Assembly: GCA_010027235.1 (NCBI GenBank)
Contig: RGVP01000001.1
Coordinates: 573-64,572 of the forward strand
Source of the DNA: a bacterium
GTDB lineage: Bacteria; Verrucomicrobiota; Verrucomicrobiia; Opitutales; Opitutaceae
Direction: 5' to 3'
DNA: 64,000 bases
Shown: in pieces, positions 1 to 9,706 of the stretch
Layout of the letters: every line of letters starts with the position of its first letter
How positions within the stretch are numbered: position 1 is the stretch's first letter
Made by a program: the position numbers and the translations under genes
The notes under the pieces: generated by a model
Databases searched by the model: none
What the model saw: the letters and a program-made list of their open reading frames with translations, nothing else
Told to the model about the DNA's origin: nothing

Positions 1-466
1 GCAAGCGGATGGTCTTGGACTGGTTGGCGAGAGCCCGCTTGATCGACTGCTTGATCCACCAGGCGGCGTAGGTGGAGAGTTTGCCGCCCTTGGTGGGGTC
101 GAAGCGCTCCACGGCTTTGATCAGGCCGATGTTGCCTTCGCTGATGAGGTCGAGGAGAGGAAGGCCGAAATCCTTGTAGTCCATCGCGATTTTCACCACG
201 AGGCGCAGGTTGGCGCTGATCATGTGGTCGCGGGCGGCTTTGTCGCCTTTCATGATGCGGTTCGCAAGGGTGACTTCCTCTTCGATGGTCAACAGGGGCG
301 TCTTACCTATTTCTTGCAGGTAGAGCTGAAGATTATTGCGTTCGGGGGTTTCGGCGGGTGCGGCGGCGGCGCGGATGGGCTCCAAGAAGGAGGGCGCGGC
401 GTCTGGCGCAGGGGCGGTCAACAAAGTGTCACTCGAGGCGCGGTCGGTTTGGGACAGAGTGGTCAT
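1..466 (-). CDS. RNA polymerase sigma-70 family factor (RpoD-like), N-terminal part; gene runs off the left edge
   Basis: Own translation of the minus strand from ATG at 464-466: [12 protein letters not shown]...[26 protein letters not shown]...[73 protein letters not shown]. This matches sigma-70 regions 1.2 and 2.1-2.4. It is missing from the ORF track because no stop lies in the window. Confidence 0.85.
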   Translation of the reverse strand, partial: MTTLSQTDRASSDTLLTAPAPDAAPSFLEPIRAAAAPAETPERNNLQLYLQEIGKTPLLTIEEEVTLANRIMKGDKAARDHMISANLRLVVKIAMDYKDFGLPLLDLISEGNIGLIKAVERFDPTKGGKLSTYAAWWIKQSIKRALANQSKTIRL

Positions 467-654
467 GGTAGTTGTAGGGAACCATCTAAAGCCTAGAAGG
501 ATTTGTGCCTAACGCACGGGTTTTGAACGTATAGTTTTGGGAACCTCGGCAGGCGTGAGGGTTCCGTGAAATTTAATTTAATTTAGCTGAGGCTCGATGC
601 GGCTAGGCCGAATACGGTAGGGTCAAGCTGTCTCAATCGTGCTAAACGTGCGGG

Positions 655-2673
655 TCAGGGTAGGGCGGAACTGGGCGGGCTGGTGGGCGCGGGTTCCCAG
701 ATGCGCTGAAGGGCGAGGGCGTCTTCGTTTTCTGGGTGTAAACGCAGAGTTTCCTTGAGGATCAGGCGGGCATTGGCAGGGAAGCTGGGATAGATCTCGC
801 GGGCAAGGTGAAGTAAGTTTTCTGGCGCGAGTGTGTCTCGCGCGAGCATTGCCCTAACGAGGAATTGGAGGAGGAGGGGGTCGTTGCCGCGGGCGCGGAG
901 GGGGAGTTCTAGGGCTTCGAGCTCGGTCCGGTGTTCCTCAAGCCAGTCGGGTTGGGCTCGACGTATGTCGGAGAACATCGTTATAGCCTCGTTCGGGGCG
1001 GAGTTTACCCGAGAATCAAAACGAGCCTTGAATTCTTGCCAGGTTGGCATGTTGGCGGCCGCGCTGGTTGAGGCTGGTGTGACATTCGCGGTGGCGGCCA
1101 GAGCGGCGTCGATACGGGACCGGAGATCGCGCAGGGTTCGGGCGTCCGCAAAGGGTCCCTCGGCTAGCACCAAAATCTGGCGGGCGGTTTGAGTGCGACC
1201 AGCCTCTAATAAGGCAGAGATGAGAGTTTGGTAGAGCACGAGGGCGCCAGGGTGGTCTCCGACGATCTCGATCAGGGAGCGTTGGGTGCCGGAACCGCCT
1301 TCGAGGCAGGCGCGGGTGAGCTTATCCATCGTGTCGAGGTAGACTAGTTCATCGGTCTTAAGACGGGGCCCAGGAGAGGTTTTGAGTCGCTCGATCAGCC
1401 TCGCGAGTTCAGGCCATTGTTTCCTTTCGGTAGACAATTTTAGTCGGGCCCAGAGCACAGGGTGGAGGCTTAGGCCTTGCTCGAGGATTTCACGTTCGAG
1501 GCGATCGAGTCCTTCGTCGTATCCTATCTCGTGAAACGCGTCGCTGGCGGCTGCGTAAAACACCTCCGAAGCGCCGTGGCGGAGAATGAGGCGATCCAGG
1601 GTGATCTTTGCGAGTTGCTCGCGTCTGGTCTGGTGGTATTGTGAGACACGAAAGAGGAGAGAATCGGGATGGGCTGAGTCTAGTCGGTCCAATTGGTCGA
1701 GAGCGGCCTCCATACCGGCAAAGTCGTTTGATTCACGTTCGGCGATGGCCAGCGTTCGCCAAGCTAGAGGATCGCTTGGCAACACAGTCGCCCAGTGCGT
1801 GGCGAGCGTCGTGGCCTCGGTTGGTCGTTTGGTTTTGATCAAAGTTTCGGTCAACAAGCGGAGTCGGAAAGCGTCGTCGTCGGGAAACCTCGTCTCGGCG
1901 ATCTGCATGGCATCCTCCAATCGTCCCGCGTCGATTGACGCAGTGACCAAGCTTTTGTCCAAAAATCGTTTTTCTTCCACCGTGCGCTCCGCCTCCGGAA
2001 TGGCTTCGAACTGGTTCAAGGCGAGTTTGACCGTTTCCAAGCTGACCTCAGGCTGGTCGGACATGGTCAGCAAGCCAAACAGCAATTCTAGGTAGGCTCG
2101 CCCAGGGTAGCCGTAGACTAATCCTTCCCGGAGCAACTTGATCGCCTGCGGCTGTATACGGATGCCAGTGTAAATGCGGGCAACATCTAGCCGGGCGGAG
2201 AAATCCTCGGGAGTGCGTGCCAAGCCCTGGCGCAGGAGGGAGAAGCCTTGCGGGCCCTTTTTATTGGCGATGAGCTCCCGGCCTTGGGTGATCAGGGCCT
2301 TGCCTCGTTTCCGGTTTAGATCGGGCCAGCGGGTGGGCAGGGCGACGTCGAGGTAGGAGAGTTCAATCTTCGGGTAGCGTGATTCGAGGCGCTGATGAAT
2401 GACGACGACCCCGAGCAGGTAGCCCGAGATAGCGAGGCCGAGTAACCATAATAAAAATCCGCGGAGGCTCACGTGGAGGACGTGATTACCTCGCTCGCTC
2501 AGTTCAATGGGGGTAGGTGTGGCTGTCTTATCTTTGCCAATACGTTGATCCAACTTCAGGTTGACCAACGCTAGGTGCCAGCGACCACCGGGCACGGTGG
2601 GTGTTCCCCAAACTATAAGAAGCGGTTGCGAAAACATGCCAGCAACCTGCGAGCCCCTTCGGCCCTCGGGCAA
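655..2673 (-). CDS. Membrane-anchored helical-repeat (TPR-like) protein, function unknown
   Basis: 672-aa ORF with one N-terminal hydrophobic helix (FLLWLLGLAISGYLLGVVVI) followed by long Leu/Ala-rich repeats typical of TPR-like solenoids. The start is uncertain; an alternative ATG lies at 2637. Confidence 0.55.
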   Translation of the reverse strand: MPEGRRGSQVAGMFSQPLLIVWGTPTVPGGRWHLALVNLKLDQRIGKDKTATPTPIELSERGNHVLHVSLRGFLLWLLGLAISGYLLGVVVIHQRLESRYPKIELSYLDVALPTRWPDLNRKRGKALITQGRELIANKKGPQGFSLLRQGLARTPEDFSARLDVARIYTGIRIQPQAIKLLREGLVYGYPGRAYLELLFGLLTMSDQPEVSLETVKLALNQFEAIPEAERTVEEKRFLDKSLVTASIDAGRLEDAMQIAETRFPDDDAFRLRLLTETLIKTKRPTEATTLATHWATVLPSDPLAWRTLAIAERESNDFAGMEAALDQLDRLDSAHPDSLLFRVSQYHQTRREQLAKITLDRLILRHGASEVFYAAASDAFHEIGYDEGLDRLEREILEQGLSLHPVLWARLKLSTERKQWPELARLIERLKTSPGPRLKTDELVYLDTMDKLTRACLEGGSGTQRSLIEIVGDHPGALVLYQTLISALLEAGRTQTARQILVLAEGPFADARTLRDLRSRIDAALAATANVTPASTSAAANMPTWQEFKARFDSRVNSAPNEAITMFSDIRRAQPDWLEEHRTELEALELPLRARGNDPLLLQFLVRAMLARDTLAPENLLHLAREIYPSFPANARLILKETLRLHPENEDALALQRIWEPAPTSPPSSALP

Positions 2674-2793
2674 CTCCGGCGAAAGCGTCCACGTTACGAA
2701 CCCATGAATTGAGTTATATTCGGGTAACGATCAGGTAAAGAAACGGTTATTAAACATGTATTTGCAATAGCATGATCTTCGCCAACCGCAGGC

Positions 2794-3804
2794 TCAAGGA
2801 GCTGGAGAAACCCCTTCCGAGGTCATAACGACACGTTTGATCGAGCCGTCAGGATTATAGTGGAGATAATCGATGCAAACCGAGCGGCGGTAGCTGCCGC
2901 CGTGGGGCTGGATGGCGCCGTTGTGGTAGATGAAGTAATCGCGACCCTTGAACGTGATGATCGCGTGGTGGTTGGTATTACAGTTGCCGGCGATTTCGTT
3001 GATGATCCCGTGCTGCTTCCATGGGCCAGTGGGCGAGTCGGATGTAGCGTAGGTAGTCTTCTCGGGGAAGTCGGTCGAGTAGGTGAGATAGTAGGTGCCG
3101 TTGCGCTTATGCAGCCACGGGGCCTCGGTGAAACGCTTGAACTCCTCGACGGTGTGGATGGGGCCGTCCAGCTGCAGCAGGTCGGGCGTGAGTCGGGCCC
3201 AGCGACACTTGGTGTTCCCCCAATAAAGGTAGGCCTGGCCGTCGTCGTCGATGAATACGGAGGGATCGATGTCGTCCCACCAGATTTTCACGTCGGTGGT
3301 CATGTCGTTCGTCACGAGGGCCGAGCCGCGGGCGTCCACGAAGGGGCCGGTAGGCGAGTCGGAGACGGCCACGCCGATGGCCATACCTTGGATGGTGGCG
3401 TGTTCGACGGTGGCGAAGAAGTAGAACTTGCCCTTGTGCTCTACGACCTGACTGGCCCAAGCGGAGCCCTTGGCCCATTTAAAATTGGTCGCGGCGAGAG
3501 GGGAGCCGTGCGGGGTCCAAGTCACCATGTCGTCGGACGAGTAGCACAACCACCGGTTCATTCGGTAGTCGCTTTTGTTGTCGGGCGCCTCGTCCTGGCC
3601 GGCGTAGAGGTATACGCGCCCGTTGTGAACGAGCGCGGCGGGATCGGCGGTGTGGACGTCGGTGATAATGGGGTTGGCCCCGCGGCTGGACGATAAGCCG
3701 ACCGCGGCCAGAACCAGGGTAAAGGTCAAGGCGCGGGGCAGGCGGTGAAGTAGGGTGGTCATTGTTGCGAGCGAGGCGCGGACGGACCAAAGGCTCAAAT
3801 TCAT
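2794..3804 (-). CDS. Glycoside hydrolase family 43 (secreted arabinofuranosidase/xylosidase-like)
   Basis: Contains NPIITDVHTADPAALVHNGRVYLYAG, AWASQVVEHKGKFYFFAT and TEAPWLHKRNGTYYLTYS, the GH43 five-bladed propeller blocks carrying the catalytic Asp and Glu. The start is trimmed to ATG 3804 (MNLSLWSV...), which gives a signal peptide. Confidence 0.8.
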   Translation of the reverse strand: MNLSLWSVRASLATMTTLLHRLPRALTFTLVLAAVGLSSSRGANPIITDVHTADPAALVHNGRVYLYAGQDEAPDNKSDYRMNRWLCYSSDDMVTWTPHGSPLAATNFKWAKGSAWASQVVEHKGKFYFFATVEHATIQGMAIGVAVSDSPTGPFVDARGSALVTNDMTTDVKIWWDDIDPSVFIDDDGQAYLYWGNTKCRWARLTPDLLQLDGPIHTVEEFKRFTEAPWLHKRNGTYYLTYSTDFPEKTTYATSDSPTGPWKQHGIINEIAGNCNTNHHAIITFKGRDYFIYHNGAIQPHGGSYRRSVCIDYLHYNPDGSIKRVVMTSEGVSPAP

Positions 3805-4233
3805 TGCGGACGAGCTGGGCCGGCGGGCAAAGAGTGTGGACGATGGTTCAAGGATCCTTTGGCAGCAGGGGTCGGGGAGGGGGCGAATGCCCCCGTCACC
3901 GCCAGGGCAAACTGCCGGTATGCGATGTGCACCGTGGCCTCGTCCGCTGTCACCTCTGCCGAGCGCCGCCCGCCGCTCCTCGGGCGCGAGCTGGGCCAGA
4001 TGCGCGTGCACGCGGGGCCTTGCTGGGTCGGGGATGGTGACTTGGATCTGCATGGGCGCTGGGTTTAGGTGGGTTGACTCAGCGGGCGGGGCAGGCCCGG
4101 GCAGGGTATTTTAGTTCCATCGGTAACGCCGCTTTTGTGGTGGGCATCCGGTGGAGCTTAAGGGGGAGCACTCTTTATGGGGTGGTCCCCTTCTTTTTTC
4201 CACATAGAGACCAAGCGGAGGGGCTGAGCGTGA

Positions 4234-6381
4234 TTAGAAGCGGGCGGTGATGCCGAGGCGGATGGCGAGGGGAGAGCCGGGGCTGATATTGTTATTGCTG
4301 TGCGCGTTGGCGTAGTAACCGGTGTCGAAAAGGTTCTCCACATTGAGCTGGGCCTGGAGGTGCTGGTTGAAGCGGTAGAACAAGGCGGCATCGTAGCGCA
4401 CGAAGTCCGGCAGGGTCACGGTATTGTCGGCGGCGGCGAAGAGCTCGTCGCGGTAGATCAGGCCCAAGCCCGCGCCCCAGACGGCGGTGAATTCGTAGCG
4501 GTTCCAGAGGGAGAATGTGTTACGCGGGAGTTGCGGGATGCGGGTGCCGGCCGGGATGGCGCCGTTGTCGGATTGGCTTTCGCCGTCCTGATAGGCGTAG
4601 CCGGCGTTCACGGTCCAGCGGCGGGTGAAGTGGCCGGCGGCGCTTAGCTCGACTCCGCGGACCTGCTGACCGTCCACCAGGATCAAGGTGCCGACCGGAG
4701 GCCCGCCGGCGGTGCCGGCGGCGGGGTCGGTGATGGCCTGGTGGAAGCGGTCGAGTTGGTAGGCGGCGGCGGTGAAGGCGAGCTCGTTGGTCGCGTCCCA
4801 CTTCGCTCCGACCTCGAGGTTTTCGAACCGCTCGGGTTCGAGTGCGGCGTTGGTGACGGAAAGGCCGGCAAGCTGCTCGCCGGCGCGAGGCACGAAGGCG
4901 AGGGTGTGGCTGGCGTAGAACGAGACGTGTTCGATGGGTTTGTAGACGAGTCCGGCGCGAGGGGACACGAGGTCGTCGGAGGTTTCGAGCGTGGCGCCGG
5001 TGCGGTGGTTGGAGAAATCCACCGTGAAGTGATCGAGGCGGGCGCCGGCGACGAGTTGGAGCTTGGGAAGGAGCTGAATCTGGTCCTGGAGGTAAACGGC
5101 CGCGACTTTGGCCACGCTGTGGTTGTCGGCGTCGGTGGCGCTCTGGCGGAAAAAAAGTAGACCGGAGTAGCGCGGGTTGGCGGTGCCGACGCTTCCGAGC
5201 GCGGTGAGGACGGCGGAGGTCGAGGAACCGCTGGCACGGAAATTGTTGGTTACTTGGCGACCGAGCTCGAGGCCCAGCAGGACTTTGTGTCCTATCGGGC
5301 CGGTGGCGAAATCGACTACGTAGTCGGTCTGATTGAAGAGATTCTCGCGATTGGTGGCCTGGTTGTAGGCGGAAATGGCGACGAGGGTGCCGGCGGGGTT
5401 CACGGCGTCAGGGAATACGTTTTGGTAGAATTTATCGTAGGTGGCGTGGCGGGTCGAATTGCGGAAAGTGGCGCCGTTCTCGAAGCCGTGGTCCAGCGAG
5501 GCGGAGAACGCGACGACATTGGTGTTGGTGGGACTGCGTTCGGGGTCGCCGAAAAAGGTGCCCGAGTTGGTGGCGAGCGGTTTGCCGTTGTAGGAAGGCA
5601 CGCCGCGGTCGGCGACGCGCTCCTCGTGGAAGTGTTCAAAACCGACGCGCAGCACAGTGCGCTCCCCGAGGCGGAAGCCGGCGGTCGGGTTGAGGCCTTC
5701 GCGCTGGAGCTCAACGTCTTCGCGATAGCTTCTGGAATTCTCGTAAACGCCGGTGAGGCGCAGTGTCGCGTCACGGGTGACGGGCTGGTTGACATCGAAC
5801 GTGGTGCGATTCTGCTCCCACGATCCGGCGAGGGCGGAGAATTCGTAAAAGGAAGCGCTGCCCGGGCTGGCTTGTTTCGTCGCGCGATTCAGAATTCCGC
5901 CTGGTCCGCTGCGGCCGAACATCATGCCGGCGGAGCCCTTCAGGATTTCGAGCCGCTCGAGGTTGTAGAAGTCGCGGTAGTATTGGACGTCGTCGCGCAC
6001 GCCATCGACAAAGTAGTCGCCGGTGGAGCTGTTGCCTCGCAGGACGATGGTGTCCCGGTTGCCCTCGCCCTGCGCAACGCCAACGCCCGGCACGTAGCGG
6101 GTGGCTTCGCCGATGCTGGTGATTGCCTTGTCCGCGAGAAAGTCCTTGGAGAGCACGGAGACGGACTGCGGGGTGTTAAGAACAGAAGTGGCGGTCTTGG
6201 TCGCGACGGTGGTTTCCTTGACATTGTAACCGTCGGCGCGGGGGGAGTGGATCTCGATCGGGTCAAGCACAAGGGGGACGTCGGCGCTCATCTCTGAGGC
6301 GGTGCACGCCGAGCCCGTGAGCAAACTTAGGGCGAGGGTGCCAAAGAAAAGAACATGAGATGAAATGAGACATGGTTTCAT
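4234..6381 (-). CDS. TonB-dependent outer-membrane receptor (metal/siderophore type)
   Basis: Signal peptide, then the plug block TATSVLNTPQSVSVLSKDFLADKAITSIGEATRYVPGV, a long beta-barrel region, and a C-terminal ...ITARF ending in aromatic Phe. The start is either 6381 (MKPCLISS) or 6399. Confidence 0.9.
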   Translation of the reverse strand: MKPCLISSHVLFFGTLALSLLTGSACTASEMSADVPLVLDPIEIHSPRADGYNVKETTVATKTATSVLNTPQSVSVLSKDFLADKAITSIGEATRYVPGVGVAQGEGNRDTIVLRGNSSTGDYFVDGVRDDVQYYRDFYNLERLEILKGSAGMMFGRSGPGGILNRATKQASPGSASFYEFSALAGSWEQNRTTFDVNQPVTRDATLRLTGVYENSRSYREDVELQREGLNPTAGFRLGERTVLRVGFEHFHEERVADRGVPSYNGKPLATNSGTFFGDPERSPTNTNVVAFSASLDHGFENGATFRNSTRHATYDKFYQNVFPDAVNPAGTLVAISAYNQATNRENLFNQTDYVVDFATGPIGHKVLLGLELGRQVTNNFRASGSSTSAVLTALGSVGTANPRYSGLLFFRQSATDADNHSVAKVAAVYLQDQIQLLPKLQLVAGARLDHFTVDFSNHRTGATLETSDDLVSPRAGLVYKPIEHVSFYASHTLAFVPRAGEQLAGLSVTNAALEPERFENLEVGAKWDATNELAFTAAAYQLDRFHQAITDPAAGTAGGPPVGTLILVDGQQVRGVELSAAGHFTRRWTVNAGYAYQDGESQSDNGAIPAGTRIPQLPRNTFSLWNRYEFTAVWGAGLGLIYRDELFAAADNTVTLPDFVRYDAALFYRFNQHLQAQLNVENLFDTGYYANAHSNNNISPGSPLAIRLGITARF

Positions 6382-6387
6382 ATGGGA

Positions 6388-6459
6388 TTGAGACTCCATA
6401 TCAAATATAGAAAACAGTCAAGTTGGTTTTGAGACTCAATCTCTATAAAATTGAGTGAT
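6388..6459. promoter_or_regulatory. Candidate operator region: TTGAGACTC (6388-6396), TTGAGACTCAA palindrome (6429-6439), TTGAGTGAT (6451-6459)
   Basis: AT-rich divergent intergenic region between the TonB receptor and the COG0523 gene. It carries a 9-bp direct repeat and a 5-1-5 inverted repeat, read directly from the sequence. Assigning it to a Zur/Fur-type repressor is inference. Confidence 0.25.
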
Positions 6460-6494
6460 TGCTCGCGGACTGTGAAATAAAGGAAATAGAAATT

Positions 6495-7709
6495 ATGGAT
6501 ATCCTCGAAGATTGCCGTCCGCCGGTGACTGTTTTTTGCGGTTTCCTCGGTGTGGGTAAAACGACTTTGCTCAGGCACTTGTTAGGGCAGGCGGCCACGG
6601 CTGGGCGTGAGGGTGGGGCGGCGCGGTGGGCGGCGGTGGTCAATGACGTGGCGGCGGTGAACATCGACGGCTCGCTGGTGAGGGCGGAGGCGGCGGAACA
6701 GCGGGCGCTGGGCACGAGCGGGGCGGCGGAAGTGGTGGAGTTGGGCAACGGTTGCGTGTGTTGCTCGGGGGCGGACGATCTCGGGGAGGCGATCGCTCGG
6801 CTGGCGGATAGAGGGCCTTACGACCATATCTGGGTTGAGACGAGCGGGGTGGCGGATCCGCGCGGTGTTGCGACTTTGTTCACCCGCAAAAATCCATTTG
6901 GACGGAGTTTGGCTGACCGAGCGCGGCTAGCGGCGTTGGTAACGGTAATTGATGTAGTCGCCTTCGCGGAGGAGGCGGCAAAGGCGGGCGGGCGGGGGCG
7001 CAGCGTGGCCGGGAGTGGGCAGCGACCAGTATTTGAACTGATGCTGGAGCAGATCGAATGCGCTGACGTGGTGGTGCTTAACCAGTGCGATCGGGTCGAA
7101 CTGGGGGGCGCAGACTTGGCGAGGGCGGAGGCACTGGTGGCCGGCCTCAATGCACGCGCAGAGCTTGTTCGAACGGAGCATGGGCAAATTTCGGCGGAGT
7201 TTTTCACCGAAAGGATGCGTTTTGATGGGGGGGCTACGCTGAGTGCGGCCCGTTGGGTGCGGGAATTAAACCGGGTGGCGGTAGATCGGACTGGAATCGC
7301 GGTAAAACCCCAGACGATCTTTGGGACGCCGCGTCATGAGGCGAAATATGGCATCACCAGCTTTGTTTACCGAGCGCGAAGGGGCTTCGACGGCCAGCGT
7401 TTGCGAGATCTTTTTGTCGGCGGGCTGCCGGGGGTCTTGCGGGCAAAGGGGTTTTTTTGGACCAAGGAAATGCCGGATGAAATGGGTTTTGTTTCGGTAG
7501 CTGGCGGGATAATTCGCTGGGAGGCGCTAAGTGTCTGGTGGGCGGCGCGTATCGCCATGGGGCGGGCGACTTTGGCGGACCGGCCGGAAAGTGTAGTGGC
7601 GAACTGGGCTGAGCCCCAAGGCGATCGGCGTCAGGAAATCGTTTTAATTGGGGTGGATATGGATCAAGCGGCCTTGTTTAAGGCTTTGGATCAATGTCTT
7701 GCGAGTTAA
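6495..7709 (+). CDS. COG0523/CobW-family G3E GTPase (putative zinc metallochaperone)
   Basis: P-loop CGFLGVGKTTLL and metal-binding motif GCVCCS, with a C-terminal CobW_C-like region. The ATG at 6495 is preceded by AAGGAAA. The ORF-track start at 6459 is a TTG. Confidence 0.85.
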   Translation: MDILEDCRPPVTVFCGFLGVGKTTLLRHLLGQAATAGREGGAARWAAVVNDVAAVNIDGSLVRAEAAEQRALGTSGAAEVVELGNGCVCCSGADDLGEAIARLADRGPYDHIWVETSGVADPRGVATLFTRKNPFGRSLADRARLAALVTVIDVVAFAEEAAKAGGRGRSVAGSGQRPVFELMLEQIECADVVVLNQCDRVELGGADLARAEALVAGLNARAELVRTEHGQISAEFFTERMRFDGGATLSAARWVRELNRVAVDRTGIAVKPQTIFGTPRHEAKYGITSFVYRARRGFDGQRLRDLFVGGLPGVLRAKGFFWTKEMPDEMGFVSVAGGIIRWEALSVWWAARIAMGRATLADRPESVVANWAEPQGDRRQEIVLIGVDMDQAALFKALDQCLAS

Positions 7710-7769
7710 CCTCTAGAAAATCGACCAAAGATCGTGTTGATTATTAAAGATACAGAAGGTTGAGACGTA

Positions 7770-9647
7770 ATGGAAACTGACATGGAATCTGCCCCTTCTT
7801 CGAGTGCGCCTGTTTTGAATCCCGCGCCATCGATCTCCACCGGGCCTGCTTTGAGGCCATCTACCATCCTGCTGGTCGAGTATGATAAGCTAAGTCAAAG
7901 ACTGGTTACGATGACTCTGACCGCCTCAGGTCATGAGGTGTTAGTGGCGGGATCGATAGCCGAGGCCATGGTCCACTTGCGCAAAAATCCGCTGGTGGAT
8001 CTTGTGGTTTTAGACAACCAGTTTGGCCTCGAAAAAGGCTTTGGTCTTATCGCTGAGATACGTCGACTAAAGTTCTTAAATGACATTCCTTTAACAGTTT
8101 ATACTGATACACGTGACCGCGATGTCGTTCGTCGCTACTTGGAACTAGGCGTTCAGGGATTTCATCTTAAACCTTACAAGGTGGAGACTTTGCTAGCCGA
8201 GTTGCAGCGGGCGCATGCCAAGGGCAGGTTGGAAAGTTTGATTGAGCCGGCGGAAGTGGCCTGCCGCAGGCTCAAGGTCACGCTAGAGCAATATGCGGGG
8301 TTATTAAACAGCGGGGCGGGGGCCGCCGAGGAGTGTTGCCAGACCGTGCGCCGACTTTTGCTTTCCGCAGATGATTCGCGGGTATCGATGGCGTTTCGCA
8401 CTATGGCGAAACAACTTAACCAACTGGGTGTGCATATAATCGAGAAGCTTGGCGCTCAGGCTGAGGACGAATTGCGAAGGACAGAATACTCGGCCTGCAC
8501 GGAGACCCTCGGAACCATTGATAACGTCGCGATGTTTCTGCGCAGGCGTGCACTCGACTACCTAGCCGTGGGCAACTCCGTAGTTAACGGTGTTCCTGGC
8601 GGCACATTAGTTCCCTTTGGGCAGCGTAAAACCCAGCAAGCACCCACGCCTTCGGTTTTACGTGATAACTCAATAGCGCCCTACGTGCGGGCGATTTTAT
8701 CGCAACCAATAGGTAGCTTCGGCACACAATCTATCTTGCGCATTATGGAAGCCCCTTTTGCTGGGGGCGAATTAACTCCATCGGGCTATAATTGGATAAA
8801 TCACCCCTCTGTTCTCCTTTGGTTTGACGTCATATCCTGGCTGCATGGCGTGGAAAACTACGTCGATAGTGATGTCGTTTCCATGCTGGAGTCTTTGCGA
8901 GGGTTTGAGTCGACTATGGAAGCGGTGCTCAACCGGAGCGAAAGCAATACCGTGCCCGAAGGGTTTGAGGTTGATTACAAATTTGCGGTCAAGAAATTGG
9001 GGGTAACCAAGGGTGCGATACTCGTGGCAGCGGGTCGTATCGCACGTGGTGGGCTAAACGGGAATATTCCACTTAGCCTTTTAAGGCAGCATGCTATTGT
9101 GCTTATGCTCATCGGTTTCGAGTTTGCGCGATTGCTCAAGGTCACACTGCCCCACAAGGTGGCGATTGCGGCCCTTTTGGACAAGATTGGGTTGTGGACG
9201 GTGGCCTTAAACGAACCCCTGTTAGCTGCACTCGCTCTGGCACGCACGCAGCACGTAAGCAGTGCCGTAGAAGCAGAGGAGGAGGTTCTTGGGATCAGCT
9301 TTGGTGCGGCTGGCGCTCTATGGATTAAGGCTGCCGGGGTAAGTAATGACGCTCTTTACATGGATACCGCCAGAGGGACCAGTTCCGTGCAAGAGAACGG
9401 AGTCACTGTGGCCTTGGTCCAAGCGGTGAAGCAGTTGGCCTTAGCGGCCTCCCATGGGGATACAGCTTCGCTCAACGTCGTGGCGGACGCAATGCGTGCG
9501 CCTGATTACCCACTTTGGGAAACATTGAAGCGTCATGCAGTTCCGCTGCCCGCGGAACCGCTTGAGTTAGTTGAACTGATTTTACCGATGGCTAAATCGG
9601 TGGTTTGGATCTCCGAGCAGATGCTCGGTATGCGCAGTAACTCCTGA
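7770..9647 (+). CDS. Response-regulator receiver domain protein with a large unrecognised C-terminal region
   Basis: Receiver-domain landmarks: LLVEYDK, DLVVLDNQF (phospho-acceptor Asp), LTVYTDT and HLKPY. The remaining roughly 470 aa have no motif I can name; an HDOD-like segment is only a weak impression. Confidence 0.7.
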   Translation: METDMESAPSSSAPVLNPAPSISTGPALRPSTILLVEYDKLSQRLVTMTLTASGHEVLVAGSIAEAMVHLRKNPLVDLVVLDNQFGLEKGFGLIAEIRRLKFLNDIPLTVYTDTRDRDVVRRYLELGVQGFHLKPYKVETLLAELQRAHAKGRLESLIEPAEVACRRLKVTLEQYAGLLNSGAGAAEECCQTVRRLLLSADDSRVSMAFRTMAKQLNQLGVHIIEKLGAQAEDELRRTEYSACTETLGTIDNVAMFLRRRALDYLAVGNSVVNGVPGGTLVPFGQRKTQQAPTPSVLRDNSIAPYVRAILSQPIGSFGTQSILRIMEAPFAGGELTPSGYNWINHPSVLLWFDVISWLHGVENYVDSDVVSMLESLRGFESTMEAVLNRSESNTVPEGFEVDYKFAVKKLGVTKGAILVAAGRIARGGLNGNIPLSLLRQHAIVLMLIGFEFARLLKVTLPHKVAIAALLDKIGLWTVALNEPLLAALALARTQHVSSAVEAEEEVLGISFGAAGALWIKAAGVSNDALYMDTARGTSSVQENGVTVALVQAVKQLALAASHGDTASLNVVADAMRAPDYPLWETLKRHAVPLPAEPLELVELILPMAKSVVWISEQMLGMRSNS

Positions 9648-9706
9648 AGCGCTGGCGTGACGCGGGGGCGCTTGGCCCTACAGAGCGTGCTCCTGCGCGA
9701 TAAGGT

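Noticed and set aside
224-496. 90-aa + strand ORF at the left edge
   Set aside because: It lies antisense to a clearly recognisable sigma-70 factor gene. Its Gly/Arg-rich composition is typical of wrong-frame ORFs in GC-rich DNA.
3805-4053. N-terminal extensions in the ORF track (GH43 to 4053; also sucC to 53066, lipB to 31634, lysS from 31580, flgI from 22688, folB to 49855, KAS III from 55402)
   Set aside because: The extensions are Arg/Pro-rich or overlap neighbouring genes. Internal ATG codons give canonical N-termini or signal peptides, so the starts were trimmed.
4160-4199. Hairpin (AAGGGG...CCCCTT) followed by a T-rich run downstream of the TonB receptor gene
   Set aside because: The loop is about 21 nt. 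The T tract is on the + strand, where no gene ends. On the minus strand, where the receptor gene ends, there is no U tract. Not convincing as a terminator.
5254-6297. 347-aa + strand ORF, plus similar long ORFs at 2860-3696, 43601-44155, 49829-50596, 50697-51434 and 52386-52958
   Set aside because: All lie antisense to confidently identified genes (TonB receptor, GH43, rimO, clpP, sucD, sucC). They have low-complexity Gly/Ala/Val/Arg-rich translations and are most likely GC-driven open frames, not genes.
6382-6494. Possible cobalamin riboswitch, since a CobW-family gene and a TonB receptor could suggest B12 uptake
   Set aside because: The intergenic region is only about 110 bp and AT-rich, with no B12-box-like GCCACTG core or extended helices. 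The CxCC COG0523 plus TonB receptor pairing fits zinc limitation better.
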